A DNA stretch of 64,000 bases from an uncultured Opitutus sp. (GCA_964460715.1 CAYWRG010000018.1:773-64772); one strand, 5' to 3'. Shown: positions 53,596 to 62,129, counted from the first letter of the stretch. The notes: generated from the sequence alone by a model not told the origin. Translations and numbers: made by a program.

Positions 53596-54477
53596 ATGCT
53601 CTCACTCGCCTCCATCCGCTACCGTGACGTTTTCGCCGATGATGGCGGTCCGATTGAGCGCGTGATGACGGGTGATTGTGCAATTTTGGGCCAGAAGCAG
53701 AAGCAGGCTAACGCCTTCCTGCGTCCCGAGCTGTCGGTAGGGAAGCCCTCCCATGCCGTTTATGGTCAGGCAGACGGAACCGGTTCGGCGGAATCGCCCT
53801 CGATTGCCTGTCATATGGCGATTTCCGAGGCGCTGGAACGCTGGGCTTTCTTGGCGACTCATCGCAGCAAGGAAAGTGCGCGCTACGGCTTTGATGTCGA
53901 TCGCAGCTCGAATGGCATGGCGGCGTTCCCTGGCCTCTTCCGTGGTCAGGCGGCGCGCCGGGCCCGGATGGAGGCGCTTGAGCGCTACGCCCTGATTTCC
54001 TGGTGGGATGGCCGTTTTTCGGCCGAACGCGTGGCTTCGCCTTTCCCGGGAGTCGACGTCATTCGCATCCACCACAACGCAGGGCGGGGCGAAGTGGTTA
54101 TCCTCGCCCAGAAATCGCGGGCTGGAGTCGCCTATGGGCATGCTGCCGGTGGCACGCTGACCACGGCGACCTTGAAGGCAGCGGTGGAGCTGGCTCGCGC
54201 AGACTTCGTTATCACCGCACACCGGGCCAAGGGCGCCATTGTTCAGGCGGCCAATTACCTTGAGCGTCGAGCGCTCCATTTTTCCACCGAAGCCGGGCAT
54301 GACCAGTTTCTCGCCCGGTTGCATTCGCGGCCCAACAAGGCCGCGCCCTCGTGGCGGCCCGTCTTTGATGGGGAAATCGCAGGTCCTTGGTCACGATGGA
54401 CGACTGTCTGGCGCTGCGCGGTCGCCATGCCGACCAATGACTTTCTCGAGCCAAACGCGGACTTCTTCTTCTGGTAA
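53596..54477 (+). CDS. Short YcaO-like protein (putative ATP-dependent peptide backbone-modifying enzyme)
   Basis: 293 aa. GTGSAESPSIACHMAISEALERW (E78/E81) and SSNGMAAFPG...RMEALERYALISWW (E126/E129) resemble the two ExxE(R) ATP/Mg motifs of YcaO-superfamily proteins. Assignment is by motif recall only, with no search run. Confidence 0.55.
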   Translation: MLSLASIRYRDVFADDGGPIERVMTGDCAILGQKQKQANAFLRPELSVGKPSHAVYGQADGTGSAESPSIACHMAISEALERWAFLATHRSKESARYGFDVDRSSNGMAAFPGLFRGQAARRARMEALERYALISWWDGRFSAERVASPFPGVDVIRIHHNAGRGEVVILAQKSRAGVAYGHAAGGTLTTATLKAAVELARADFVITAHRAKGAIVQAANYLERRALHFSTEAGHDQFLARLHSRPNKAAPSWRPVFDGEIAGPWSRWTTVWRCAVAMPTNDFLEPNADFFFW

Positions 54478-54481
54478 AATT

Positions 54482-54709
54482 ATGGATACCCGAATCACCA
54501 CGCTTCTCGAGATCCGCGACCAATTTTATCACGACGGTCTTTCAGCGGCCGTTCGGCATGCCCGAGCTGCATTTGAGGCGGGCCAGATTGATGCCATGGA
54601 TGTCCCTGAGATTTTCATGGCACTCAAGAGTGGATCTTGGCGATTCCTCGATCACCTTGGCGCACGATCCGGTTCCTCTGGCGGTATGCTTTCGACGCCA
54701 ACCGGATGA
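54482..54709 (+). CDS. Small protein (75 aa), unknown function; Gly/Ser/Thr-rich C-terminus
   Basis: ATG 4 nt after the YcaO-like stop. Its stop overlaps the kinase start (ATGA at 54706-54709). MDTRITTLLEIRDQFYHDGLSAAVRHARAAFEAGQIDAMDVPEIFMALKSGSWRFLDHLGARSGSSGGMLSTPTG. Confidence 0.5.
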   Translation: MDTRITTLLEIRDQFYHDGLSAAVRHARAAFEAGQIDAMDVPEIFMALKSGSWRFLDHLGARSGSSGGMLSTPTG

Positions 54710-55494
54710 GCGAGGGTTTTACCAAAACCGAAGCCGCTCTGCTTGAAGCCTTGGAGCGTGAACGCGCTCTCCTGAAGCAGCGCGACTTGGTCAATGGTAT
54801 CGTTCTCCACGAGATGTCCAATGCCGTGGCTGTCGTGATGGGCGCGGTCGAGCTGATCAAACTCAATGGGACTCGCTCTCCCACCTTCCATTTTGCGCTC
54901 CAGCGGGTCGGCGGTGGTGCGCGGTTGATGAATGAAATGCTTTCAGGGCTCCGCGTCCTTCTGGGCGGTGAAGGCAATGACCCTGTTTACGAGCGCCGTG
55001 ATCTTCCGGCTTTTGTGAAGAGCATCGCCACAGATCCGGTTCTGACGGCGGAGAACGCCTCTACGCGAGTCGAAGTTCTCACACGGCTGACGGATCCAAC
55101 TCGAGTGTTTTGTCCCGCTCTCGTACGGCATGCGATTGCCAACCTCGTTCGCAATGCCCTTCGCTACAGCCCGCCGCCAAGGCCCGTCACCGTGATCGTT
55201 GGTGGACGGGCTGATCGTTGCTGGATTCACGTCCTCAACCGGGGCCCGAAAATTTCTCCAGAGATTGCGACGCGTCTTTTCGAGCCCGGGAAGAAGAACC
55301 CCAAAGGGGGCATGGGTTTTGGCCTGCACATCACCCAAGCCTGCGCCTTGCGGATGGGCGGCGAACTCGTCTTTGGCACGAGCCCAAGCGCGACAGTGTT
55401 TTCCCTAAGACTGGGAAACCGGCCGGATTCGATTGGCCGTAAGCTCGGCCGCGCGGCTGTACCTGGCTTCGGGCCCGTCGCAAGCAACGCTTAA
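54706..55494 (+). CDS. Soluble histidine kinase (HisKA + HATPase only; no TM or sensor domain)
   Basis: H-box IVLHEMSNAVAVV, N-box AIANLVRNALRYS, G2 box GGMGFGLHI. 262 aa from the ATG at 54706. Confidence 0.8.
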   Translation: MSEGFTKTEAALLEALERERALLKQRDLVNGIVLHEMSNAVAVVMGAVELIKLNGTRSPTFHFALQRVGGGARLMNEMLSGLRVLLGGEGNDPVYERRDLPAFVKSIATDPVLTAENASTRVEVLTRLTDPTRVFCPALVRHAIANLVRNALRYSPPPRPVTVIVGGRADRCWIHVLNRGPKISPEIATRLFEPGKKNPKGGMGFGLHITQACALRMGGELVFGTSPSATVFSLRLGNRPDSIGRKLGRAAVPGFGPVASNA

Positions 55495-56480
55495 AACAGG
55501 GCCGAGGCTGCAGTCCCGACGGCGGTGATCGGTCCTTGATCAGCCAGCCCATCAACAGCGCGGTCGACCTTGCGAAGCGTGCTTTGCGCCTCGTTGATCA
55601 GGGTGTCGTCATTGATCAACTTTCCGAGGGTGCCCGTGCCATTGTTCAACTTGTCGGATATGTCGCGCAGGTTCTTGGCCACGACTTTGATGTTCTGGCC
55701 CGCTTCCTTGTCGTAGATGAGGGCGCCCAGCGTGCCTTCACCGCTCTTTACCTGCTCAAGGATACCTTGGGCATTGCTGACAAAGAGCTTGGCCTCGGAA
55801 GAGGCACTGCGGAACTCTTCCACGGCTGACAGCAGACGGTTGTAAGCTTCAGGGTCGTTGACGAGCCGGCCGAGCGCACCCTCGCCCTGGTTCACCTTGT
55901 CCGTAATCTGCTGCAGGTTGGTGGTGATCTCGCCGATGCGGCCCTGGTTTTCGTCAACCATGCGATCAAGTTTGGCCATCAGGCCTCCGCCGGAGCCGCC
56001 TTCCGTGGCACCGGAAAACTGGCCTAGTGCCTGATCGATCTTTTTTCCGATCTCGCCAATCTGCGCGACCATGGAGTTCAGGTCCGGCGTATCCGCAGTG
56101 CCGATGCGATCGCCGTCGGCCAGCATGCCCGCGCTTTCGTTACCCATGGCAAGCGTCACATAGTTTCCGCCAAGCAAACCGGCCATCGCGATGGTCGCCA
56201 CTGCATCCTTGGAAATGGTGACATCCTTACCGATCAGGAGCACGGCCTCGGCCTCGCGACCGGCGAGACGCGTTTCTGAAACGGTGCCGATCCTCACGCC
56301 GGCCATGCGCACGTCGTCGCCAGCCTTCAGCTCCTTGAGATTCGGGAAGCGCGCCACCAAGGTATAGCCCTTGTCCCGGGCGATCGTGCCGCGACTCAGG
56401 GTCTCGAATGTCACCCAGATGAGGGCGACACCGAGCAGAAAGAAAAGGCCAACGCGGGCCGACATTTGTGAATTATTCAT
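55491..56480 (-). CDS. MlaD/MCE family protein with extended helical C-terminus
   Basis: N-terminal TM segment, MCE domain (LKAGDDVRMAGVRIGTVSE), and C-terminal repeats GEGALGRLVND / GEGTLGALIYD / GTGTLGKLIND. Confidence 0.85.
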   Translation of the reverse strand: MNNSQMSARVGLFFLLGVALIWVTFETLSRGTIARDKGYTLVARFPNLKELKAGDDVRMAGVRIGTVSETRLAGREAEAVLLIGKDVTISKDAVATIAMAGLLGGNYVTLAMGNESAGMLADGDRIGTADTPDLNSMVAQIGEIGKKIDQALGQFSGATEGGSGGGLMAKLDRMVDENQGRIGEITTNLQQITDKVNQGEGALGRLVNDPEAYNRLLSAVEEFRSASSEAKLFVSNAQGILEQVKSGEGTLGALIYDKEAGQNIKVVAKNLRDISDKLNNGTGTLGKLINDDTLINEAQSTLRKVDRAVDGLADQGPITAVGTAASALF

Positions 56481-57285
56481 GGTGGTTTTCCTCCAGAGAT
56501 TTGAAACGGGGATTGCGGATATCGATCCGCGGATTGAGAAAATTGTTGATGACGGGATCCTTGTTAGCGCGAAGGTCCGTGGGGGTTTGGACCGCTCGTA
56601 GTTTGCCCTGGTGGAGCACAGCCACGCGGTCGGCGATCGTCAGGGCGAGGTCACGATCGTGCGAAACCACGATGCTGGTCACCGCGAATTCGTCCTTCAG
56701 CGTGGCAATGATCTCGGCGATCGTCGCAGCCATCAGGGGATCGAGTTCGCTTGTCGGCTCGTCATAAAGCAGCAGTTGGGGCTCCATCACGAGCGCCCGG
56801 GCGATGGCCACTCGCTTTTTCATGCCGCCGGACAACTCCGCCGGCAGTTTATGGGCGGCATTCTCAATCGACAGGATGCGCAGGGCGCGCATCACGCGGT
56901 CACGAATTTCGTCCTTGGGGCAGATGCGGTGCTCCAGCGGATACAGGGCAAGATTGTCGTAGACGCTGAGCGAGTTGAACAACGCACCGGATTGGAAGAC
57001 GAGCGCGAGCGCGAAGCGGTCCCGCGTTTCCGGCTGGCGCGGATCGAGCCCGTTGATGGTCACTGATCCCGCGGTCGGTCGTTCGAGCCCGGCGATGTGG
57101 CGCATGAGCACGCTCTTTCCGGAACCGCTTGGGCCCATGATCACGAAGATTTCGCCGGGCTTGATGTCCAGCGAGACGTCCGCGAGCACGGATTGCGACC
57201 CATAGGACTTGGAAAGCCCGTTCACCTCCACGCGGACCGGACTGCGGTCGTCTCGGCCAAGGCAGTTATTGTTCTTCTTGGGCAT
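56473..57285 (-). CDS. ABC transporter ATP-binding protein (MlaF-like)
   Basis: ATG at 57285. Walker A GPSGSGKS, signature LSGGMKKRVAIARAL, Walker B LLLYDEPTSELD. Confidence 0.9.
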   Translation of the reverse strand: MPKKNNNCLGRDDRSPVRVEVNGLSKSYGSQSVLADVSLDIKPGEIFVIMGPSGSGKSVLMRHIAGLERPTAGSVTINGLDPRQPETRDRFALALVFQSGALFNSLSVYDNLALYPLEHRICPKDEIRDRVMRALRILSIENAAHKLPAELSGGMKKRVAIARALVMEPQLLLYDEPTSELDPLMAATIAEIIATLKDEFAVTSIVVSHDRDLALTIADRVAVLHQGKLRAVQTPTDLRANKDPVINNFLNPRIDIRNPRFKSLEENHHE

Positions 57286-57290
57286 GGTGT

Positions 57291-58043
57291 TCAGGCGAGC
57301 GCCTTGGTGATGAAGTAGTCGAGCGTCAGGATGCTGATCAGCGAGTAGACGACCGAACGCGTAACCGCATAGCCGATTTCGCGAGGCCCGCCGCGGGTGC
57401 GCAGCCCCGTGTTGCACGCAATGAGCATGACCGTGAACCCAAAGACCTCGGCTTTGATCAGACCGTCCAGCACGTCTCGTACGGATAGGAATTCGCGCAG
57501 ACTTTGAAAGTACAGCGCCGTGTCCACGCCGATGAAGGGAACGTAGTGGCACACCACCGCTCCCCCAAACCACCCGATGATGTTTCCGATGATCGTCAGC
57601 ACCGGCATGACGAGCAGAACCGCGAGCAGGCGGGGGAGCACCAGCATGCGCTCGGGCGGAATGTTCATGGTCACCAAAGCATCAACCTCCTGGTACACCT
57701 TCATGGACGCCAGTTCCGCCGTGACCGCACTGCCAACCCGGCCGGCGAGAAGGATTGCGACCATTACCGGGCCTAGTTCGCGGGCCATCGATTCGCCGAC
57801 GAGTGCGCCGATAAGCTGCTTGGCGCCGAACTCGCGTAGACTGATGCCGGACTGGAGGGCCAGCACGCTGCCGATGAAAAAGCACAGGATCGTGACGATC
57901 GGAAGGGTGGTGTAGCCGCACAGGTAGCCCTGTTCGGCGGTGCGCTTCAAAATGCGCGGCGCCGACGGCAGGGTTGCGAAGGCGCGGACAGCGAGCTGAA
58001 GCCCGCTGCCAAGACCTTCGAGAAAAGAGGAGAGACGGTTCAT
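57291..58043 (-). CDS. ABC transporter permease (MlaE-like)
   Basis: ATG at 58043. MlaE-family pattern (GPVMVAILLAGRVGSAVTAELASMKVYQEVDAL). Confidence 0.88.
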   Translation of the reverse strand: MNRLSSFLEGLGSGLQLAVRAFATLPSAPRILKRTAEQGYLCGYTTLPIVTILCFFIGSVLALQSGISLREFGAKQLIGALVGESMARELGPVMVAILLAGRVGSAVTAELASMKVYQEVDALVTMNIPPERMLVLPRLLAVLLVMPVLTIIGNIIGWFGGAVVCHYVPFIGVDTALYFQSLREFLSVRDVLDGLIKAEVFGFTVMLIACNTGLRTRGGPREIGYAVTRSVVYSLISILTLDYFITKALA

Positions 58044-59545
58044 GGAAGGGATGCCGCGCGTGACGAAGCGCCTGAATCGGGGCGGAAATTGCCGAAGCGA
58101 AGGCGCCAGCCTGTACCGGCCGCGCCTCGTTGCCACGCGAGTAAACCGCCGAGCAACGCAAACCGGCCTTGGTCGTGATTACGCTCCATGCTCAGCAGCG
58201 GCCCGATGTGGAATGCCGTCTCATTTGCGGTCTGATTGCGCTGGTAGCTGACGGCGCTCCAAAAGGCCACATGACGCGTGTCGCCGGGTTTGGCTTGGTC
58301 AAAGCGATACAGGGCAAACAAGGGTGACCAAGTGAGGCGTACTTGCTCGTTGTGCGGGAAGAATACCTCGAAGGGGCTCAGGATCTGCCACTGTTTCCGG
58401 CCAGCGCCATTGTTCCACGAACTCACGAGCGGCCAGACGTGGATCTTGGAGGCGGATTCCACTCCGGGTCGGATCGCGCTGCGCTGACTATTCGCGTTGT
58501 AGAGGAAATAGAGAAACTGGGTGCGTTCGTGGGCGAGTTCACCCTCGGTCCACGAGCTTTGGCGCCAGAGTGGCCATAGGATCCAGGTTTTCTCGGTGCC
58601 TTTGATCAGCGAATGCGAATAGAATGGCGCCCAGCGGTTGATGTGCCGGTCGTCACCCTTGCCCTGTACCCACAGCGGCCAGAGGTAGTTGCTCGCGTGG
58701 TAGCGATAGGGCGCCGTGCGGTCGACGTATCCGAAAAACGGCCACAGGTAGGTCTCGCTGCGATAGCCTTCGGACTCATCGCGCGCATAGAACGGCAGCA
58801 CGCCGATTTTGCGGCTGCTGGGCTTACCGTCGGACCATGTTGCGTGGTCATAGATAAGCGGCCACAGCGCGAAGCGCTCGCGGTACACGCCGGGTTTTTC
58901 CCTGTTGCCGTAGAGGGGCCAGAACTCGAATCCGGAGTGACCATCGCCCGACAACACCTTGATGAAAGGCCAGGGCACCGTCAGCGTGGTGGTGCCGCGC
59001 TTCTCGAAGCGGCCGTAGAGCGGGAAGAGAAACCAGGAAAGGCGATCCTGACCGAATCGCTGAGGGATGGATCCCGCCAGTGGAAATACGGCCCGGTAAG
59101 AAGCGCCGGGGCGCTCAGATGTCCGGGAGAAATAGACCGGCCAGATATCGAGGGCTTCCTGCGCGTCCGAAGCTGACGGGGCCGGCGATTCCGTGAAGGA
59201 CCGATTAATGAGATTGAGGAAACTCCAGCGGTATCCACCGGCCTGCATGCGGTAACTGAGCAGTGGATAAAACAGGTAAGCTTCAGCCAGTTGCCCATTC
59301 GACTTCCGGCGCTCAAGGTAAAGGGGGCGGATACCACCCGCAGACAACGTTTGCTCGTCGCCAGATTTGTGAAATCCCAATGCGCCCAAGGCCTCGACGG
59401 ATACCGATCCGATCCCTGTCTCCGTCGAATTCTCCCGCCGCTCAACGACGAAGGGCCAGAAATTCTGTTCACTCGCAGCCGCGCTGAGGGACGCGTCGAG
59501 CGCGCCCATCAGCACCGGAAGTGCAGCGAGTTTACGGAAGTTCAT
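58040..59545 (-). CDS. Secreted repeat protein with about 18 W/F-P-L/F motifs, unknown function
   Basis: ATG at 59545 gives the signal peptide MNFRKLAALPVLMGALDASLSAAAS. Recurring FWPFVV, LFYPLL, IWPVYF, FLFPLYG, FWPLYG, LWPLIY, LWPFFG, LWPLWV, LWPLWR, VWPLVS about every 20-30 aa. Its stop overlaps the mlaE start by 4 nt. Confidence 0.65.
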   Translation of the reverse strand: MNFRKLAALPVLMGALDASLSAAASEQNFWPFVVERRENSTETGIGSVSVEALGALGFHKSGDEQTLSAGGIRPLYLERRKSNGQLAEAYLFYPLLSYRMQAGGYRWSFLNLINRSFTESPAPSASDAQEALDIWPVYFSRTSERPGASYRAVFPLAGSIPQRFGQDRLSWFLFPLYGRFEKRGTTTLTVPWPFIKVLSGDGHSGFEFWPLYGNREKPGVYRERFALWPLIYDHATWSDGKPSSRKIGVLPFYARDESEGYRSETYLWPFFGYVDRTAPYRYHASNYLWPLWVQGKGDDRHINRWAPFYSHSLIKGTEKTWILWPLWRQSSWTEGELAHERTQFLYFLYNANSQRSAIRPGVESASKIHVWPLVSSWNNGAGRKQWQILSPFEVFFPHNEQVRLTWSPLFALYRFDQAKPGDTRHVAFWSAVSYQRNQTANETAFHIGPLLSMERNHDQGRFALLGGLLAWQRGAAGTGWRLRFGNFRPDSGASSRAASLP

Positions 59546-59747
59546 GTTTGGTCGTTTGAAATGAGCCCACGGCAAAGTGGGTCGCTGGGGTGGTGGAGAA
59601 GTCGGCGTCCATCACCCAGCAACTAATTAGGATCCTAACTAAGTCGGGTTCTGAATGTAGTGCAAATGGAATGTGAACCCTCGTTTCACTCGAGGTTCCG
59701 ATGCATCGACTAATAATATCACAACCCGCTTTAGGGCAGTGACTTGC

Positions 59748-60725
59748 TTAGACGCAGAGGGTGTCTCCCGGATCGATCGCTTGAAACACGTGCCGAGGGA
59801 GATCGCAGGCACTTAAGCCCGCGTGCAAAGCGGTCACGGGAGCGAGGCGACTTTCGTCGGTCAGCTGGAACGTGCCCCAATGCATCGCGATGCTTTGCCG
59901 CGATCCAAGGTCCTGATGAATCCGAATGGCTTCGTCCGGATTGCAGTGCTGCGGCTCCATGAACCAGCGTGGCTCGTAGGCGCCGATCGGAATCATCGCC
60001 AGATCCGGAGCCCCGCACTGGCGGCGGATCTCCTTGAAGAGCGCATCATCGTAGCCGGTGTCGCCCACGAAATGAGCAGTGCGGCCGCCACTCTGAATAA
60101 AAAATCCGCCCCACAGACGTCGGTTCCGCAGTCCCCTGACCCGGTTGCTCCAGTGACGTGAAGGCGTCAGGCGAACGTGAAATCCCTCAGTCACTTCGTG
60201 GGCCTGCCACCAATCCAATTCCGTGATGTGCTCGTCCGTGAAGCCGGCGGTCCTCGCGAGGGGCGCGTTCCCGAGCGGGGTGACGAGTCGAGCCGTGGGA
60301 TGACGGTGGGCCAGCCGCCTGAGCGTCGGGAGATCGCAATGATCGTAGTGATCATGACTCACGAGGATCACATCAATGGGCGGCAGGGATTCGAACGGAA
60401 TGCCCGGCGCATGGACCCGCTTGGGGCCAGCCCAAGTGAACGGACTAGCGCGGTCGCTATAGACGGGATCAATCAGCACGTTGCCATGTCGGGTCTGCAG
60501 CAGGAAACTGGCATGGTTGATCCAAGTCACTGCCAGCGTGCCATCCGTGGGAGTGGGCGGCGGCGTGCGCGGCATCACCTCCACCTGCTCTGGCCAGACG
60601 GCGGCCCGTGAGGTCAGCTTCCACCGCAAAACCTCAAACCAGTGCCGGTTGATGTGGTTACGAGGATTGAAGAACTGCCGTCCATCACAGTGATCCGATT
60701 TAGGGAAGCGCGGCGCCAGGGACAT
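59748..60725 (-). CDS. MBL-fold metallo-hydrolase (NAPE-PLD-like)
   Basis: VILVSHDHYDHCD (HxHxDH motif). 325 aa. Confidence 0.85.
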   Translation of the reverse strand: MSLAPRFPKSDHCDGRQFFNPRNHINRHWFEVLRWKLTSRAAVWPEQVEVMPRTPPPTPTDGTLAVTWINHASFLLQTRHGNVLIDPVYSDRASPFTWAGPKRVHAPGIPFESLPPIDVILVSHDHYDHCDLPTLRRLAHRHPTARLVTPLGNAPLARTAGFTDEHITELDWWQAHEVTEGFHVRLTPSRHWSNRVRGLRNRRLWGGFFIQSGGRTAHFVGDTGYDDALFKEIRRQCGAPDLAMIPIGAYEPRWFMEPQHCNPDEAIRIHQDLGSRQSIAMHWGTFQLTDESRLAPVTALHAGLSACDLPRHVFQAIDPGDTLCV

Positions 60726-60830
60726 GGTGGAATGGCGGCATGATCATGCCGCTGTGAAGGGACGGCGAGGCCGGAGTGGTCCGCTGTTTTCGCATTTACC
60801 AATGCTGCGCTAGGACCTTGTGTCGCCGCC

Positions 60831-61394
60831 ATGCGAATCAGTGGAGGCGTTGCGCGAGGCATTCCGTTGCTCGTCCCGAAAGGTGACGCGGTTCGGCCCG
60901 CCACGGACGGTGTCAGGCAGGCCGTGTTCTCCAGTCTGGCCGCCCGCGTTCCTGGCGCCTCGTTTGCGGATCTTTTTGCCGGCAGCGGCGGTTATGGGCT
61001 CGAGGCTTTTAGCCGCGGTGCCGAGCGGGGCGTGTTTGTTGAGAAAAGCGCCAAAGCGGTCGCTTGTCTGCGCGAGAATATCCGTGCCGTCTGCAAGAGC
61101 GTGGGCCGTCCGGAAGATCGCCTGCAAATCCACGCCGGTGACGCGCTCAGCTGGCAGCCCGATGCCGCTCAGGTTCCGGATCTGATCTTCATCGATCCGC
61201 CTTACGAGATCATCCCCGAGGTTGGCCCGGCTCTCCTTGCGCGCCTGAGCGATCTGCTGGCGAAGCAGGCGGATCCGCTCGTGATCTTCGAAATGCCAGG
61301 CGAGATCGAACTCGGTGCGCCCGGCTGGCGCTGCGTGAAACGACTGGGCAAAGGCGCCCGGCAGCCGACCGTGGCGTTCTTTCGCCGCGGCTGA
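60831..61394 (+). CDS. rsmD: 16S rRNA (guanine966-N2)-methyltransferase
   Basis: MRISGGVARG...RPATDGVRQAVFSSL...DLFAGSGGYGLEAFSRGA...IFIDPPY. Confidence 0.88.
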   Translation: MRISGGVARGIPLLVPKGDAVRPATDGVRQAVFSSLAARVPGASFADLFAGSGGYGLEAFSRGAERGVFVEKSAKAVACLRENIRAVCKSVGRPEDRLQIHAGDALSWQPDAAQVPDLIFIDPPYEIIPEVGPALLARLSDLLAKQADPLVIFEMPGEIELGAPGWRCVKRLGKGARQPTVAFFRRG

Positions 61395-61400
61395 GGGAGC

Positions 61401-62129
61401 TTACATTTGTCCGCGGCGCGAGCGGAGAATGGAAACCCCGGCCACCATCGCCGTCTCGGCCCGCAAAACCCTCTGCCCCAGGTGGGCGAGGATAAATCCG
61501 GTTCGGCGGAGGATGGTCCGGTCCGCGTCGCTCCACCCGCGCTCGGGGCCGAAGGCCAGCGAAACCGGCTGGCCTGCGGATGTCTCCAAGGCTGGGCAAG
61601 CGCCGAGCGCGGACGTGGCTTCGTAGTTGTCGAGGGCGACTTTCACCGCCGTGGCGGGCAGTGCGGCGATCGCGGCCTTGAGCGAGCGCGTCCAAGTCAC
61701 CTCCGGGATTCGCGTGTCGAAAGCCTGTTCGGCGCCTTGCAGGCAATGTCGCCGCCATTCCCCGGAAGACCATAGGGAGGATGCGGCGTAGTTCGGGTCA
61801 CTGCGCTCGGTCGAAACAAAATGGACCGCGGTCGCGCCGAGGGTCGTCGCTTCGCGCAGGAGATCACGGGCCGTCTGCGGCCGAGGCAGGCCCAAAATCA
61901 GGATCAACGGATCGAGTGGTGCCAAGGGGGCATCCCATGCAAATGAGAGCCGGAGCCCATCGGCATCGACGGCGTCGATTTTCCCTTTGCCCCGCGGACC
62001 ATTGATCAGCCCGGCGTCAAAGGCATCGCCCGGCTTGCGCCGCAGCACCGACAGTAGGTGTTGCGCGCGCGGATCGTTCTTCGCCAGCGGCTCCGCGGTC
62101 TCGGCGACAGTGAACAGGATGAGGTTCAC
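61401..62129 (-). CDS. rsmE: 16S rRNA (uracil1498-N3)-methyltransferase
   Basis: 242 aa. N-terminal PUA-like region (HLLSVLRRKPGD), C-terminal SPOUT region (LAFGPERGWSDAD...LGQRVLRAETA). Confidence 0.85.
   Translation of the reverse strand: MNLILFTVAETAEPLAKNDPRAQHLLSVLRRKPGDAFDAGLINGPRGKGKIDAVDADGLRLSFAWDAPLAPLDPLILILGLPRPQTARDLLREATTLGATAVHFVSTERSDPNYAASSLWSSGEWRRHCLQGAEQAFDTRIPEVTWTRSLKAAIAALPATAVKVALDNYEATSALGACPALETSAGQPVSLAFGPERGWSDADRTILRRTGFILAHLGQRVLRAETAMVAGVSILRSRRGQM

Noticed and set aside
59576-59747. AT-rich 170-nt gap with a small imperfect hairpin (gaaccctcg-tttca-ctcgaggttc), as a possible ncRNA or mobile-element remnant
   Set aside because: It is most simply the promoter/UP region of the minus-strand operon starting at 59545 together with the 3' region of the MBL gene. 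It has no repeats matching other parts of the window and no ORF with mobile-element motifs.
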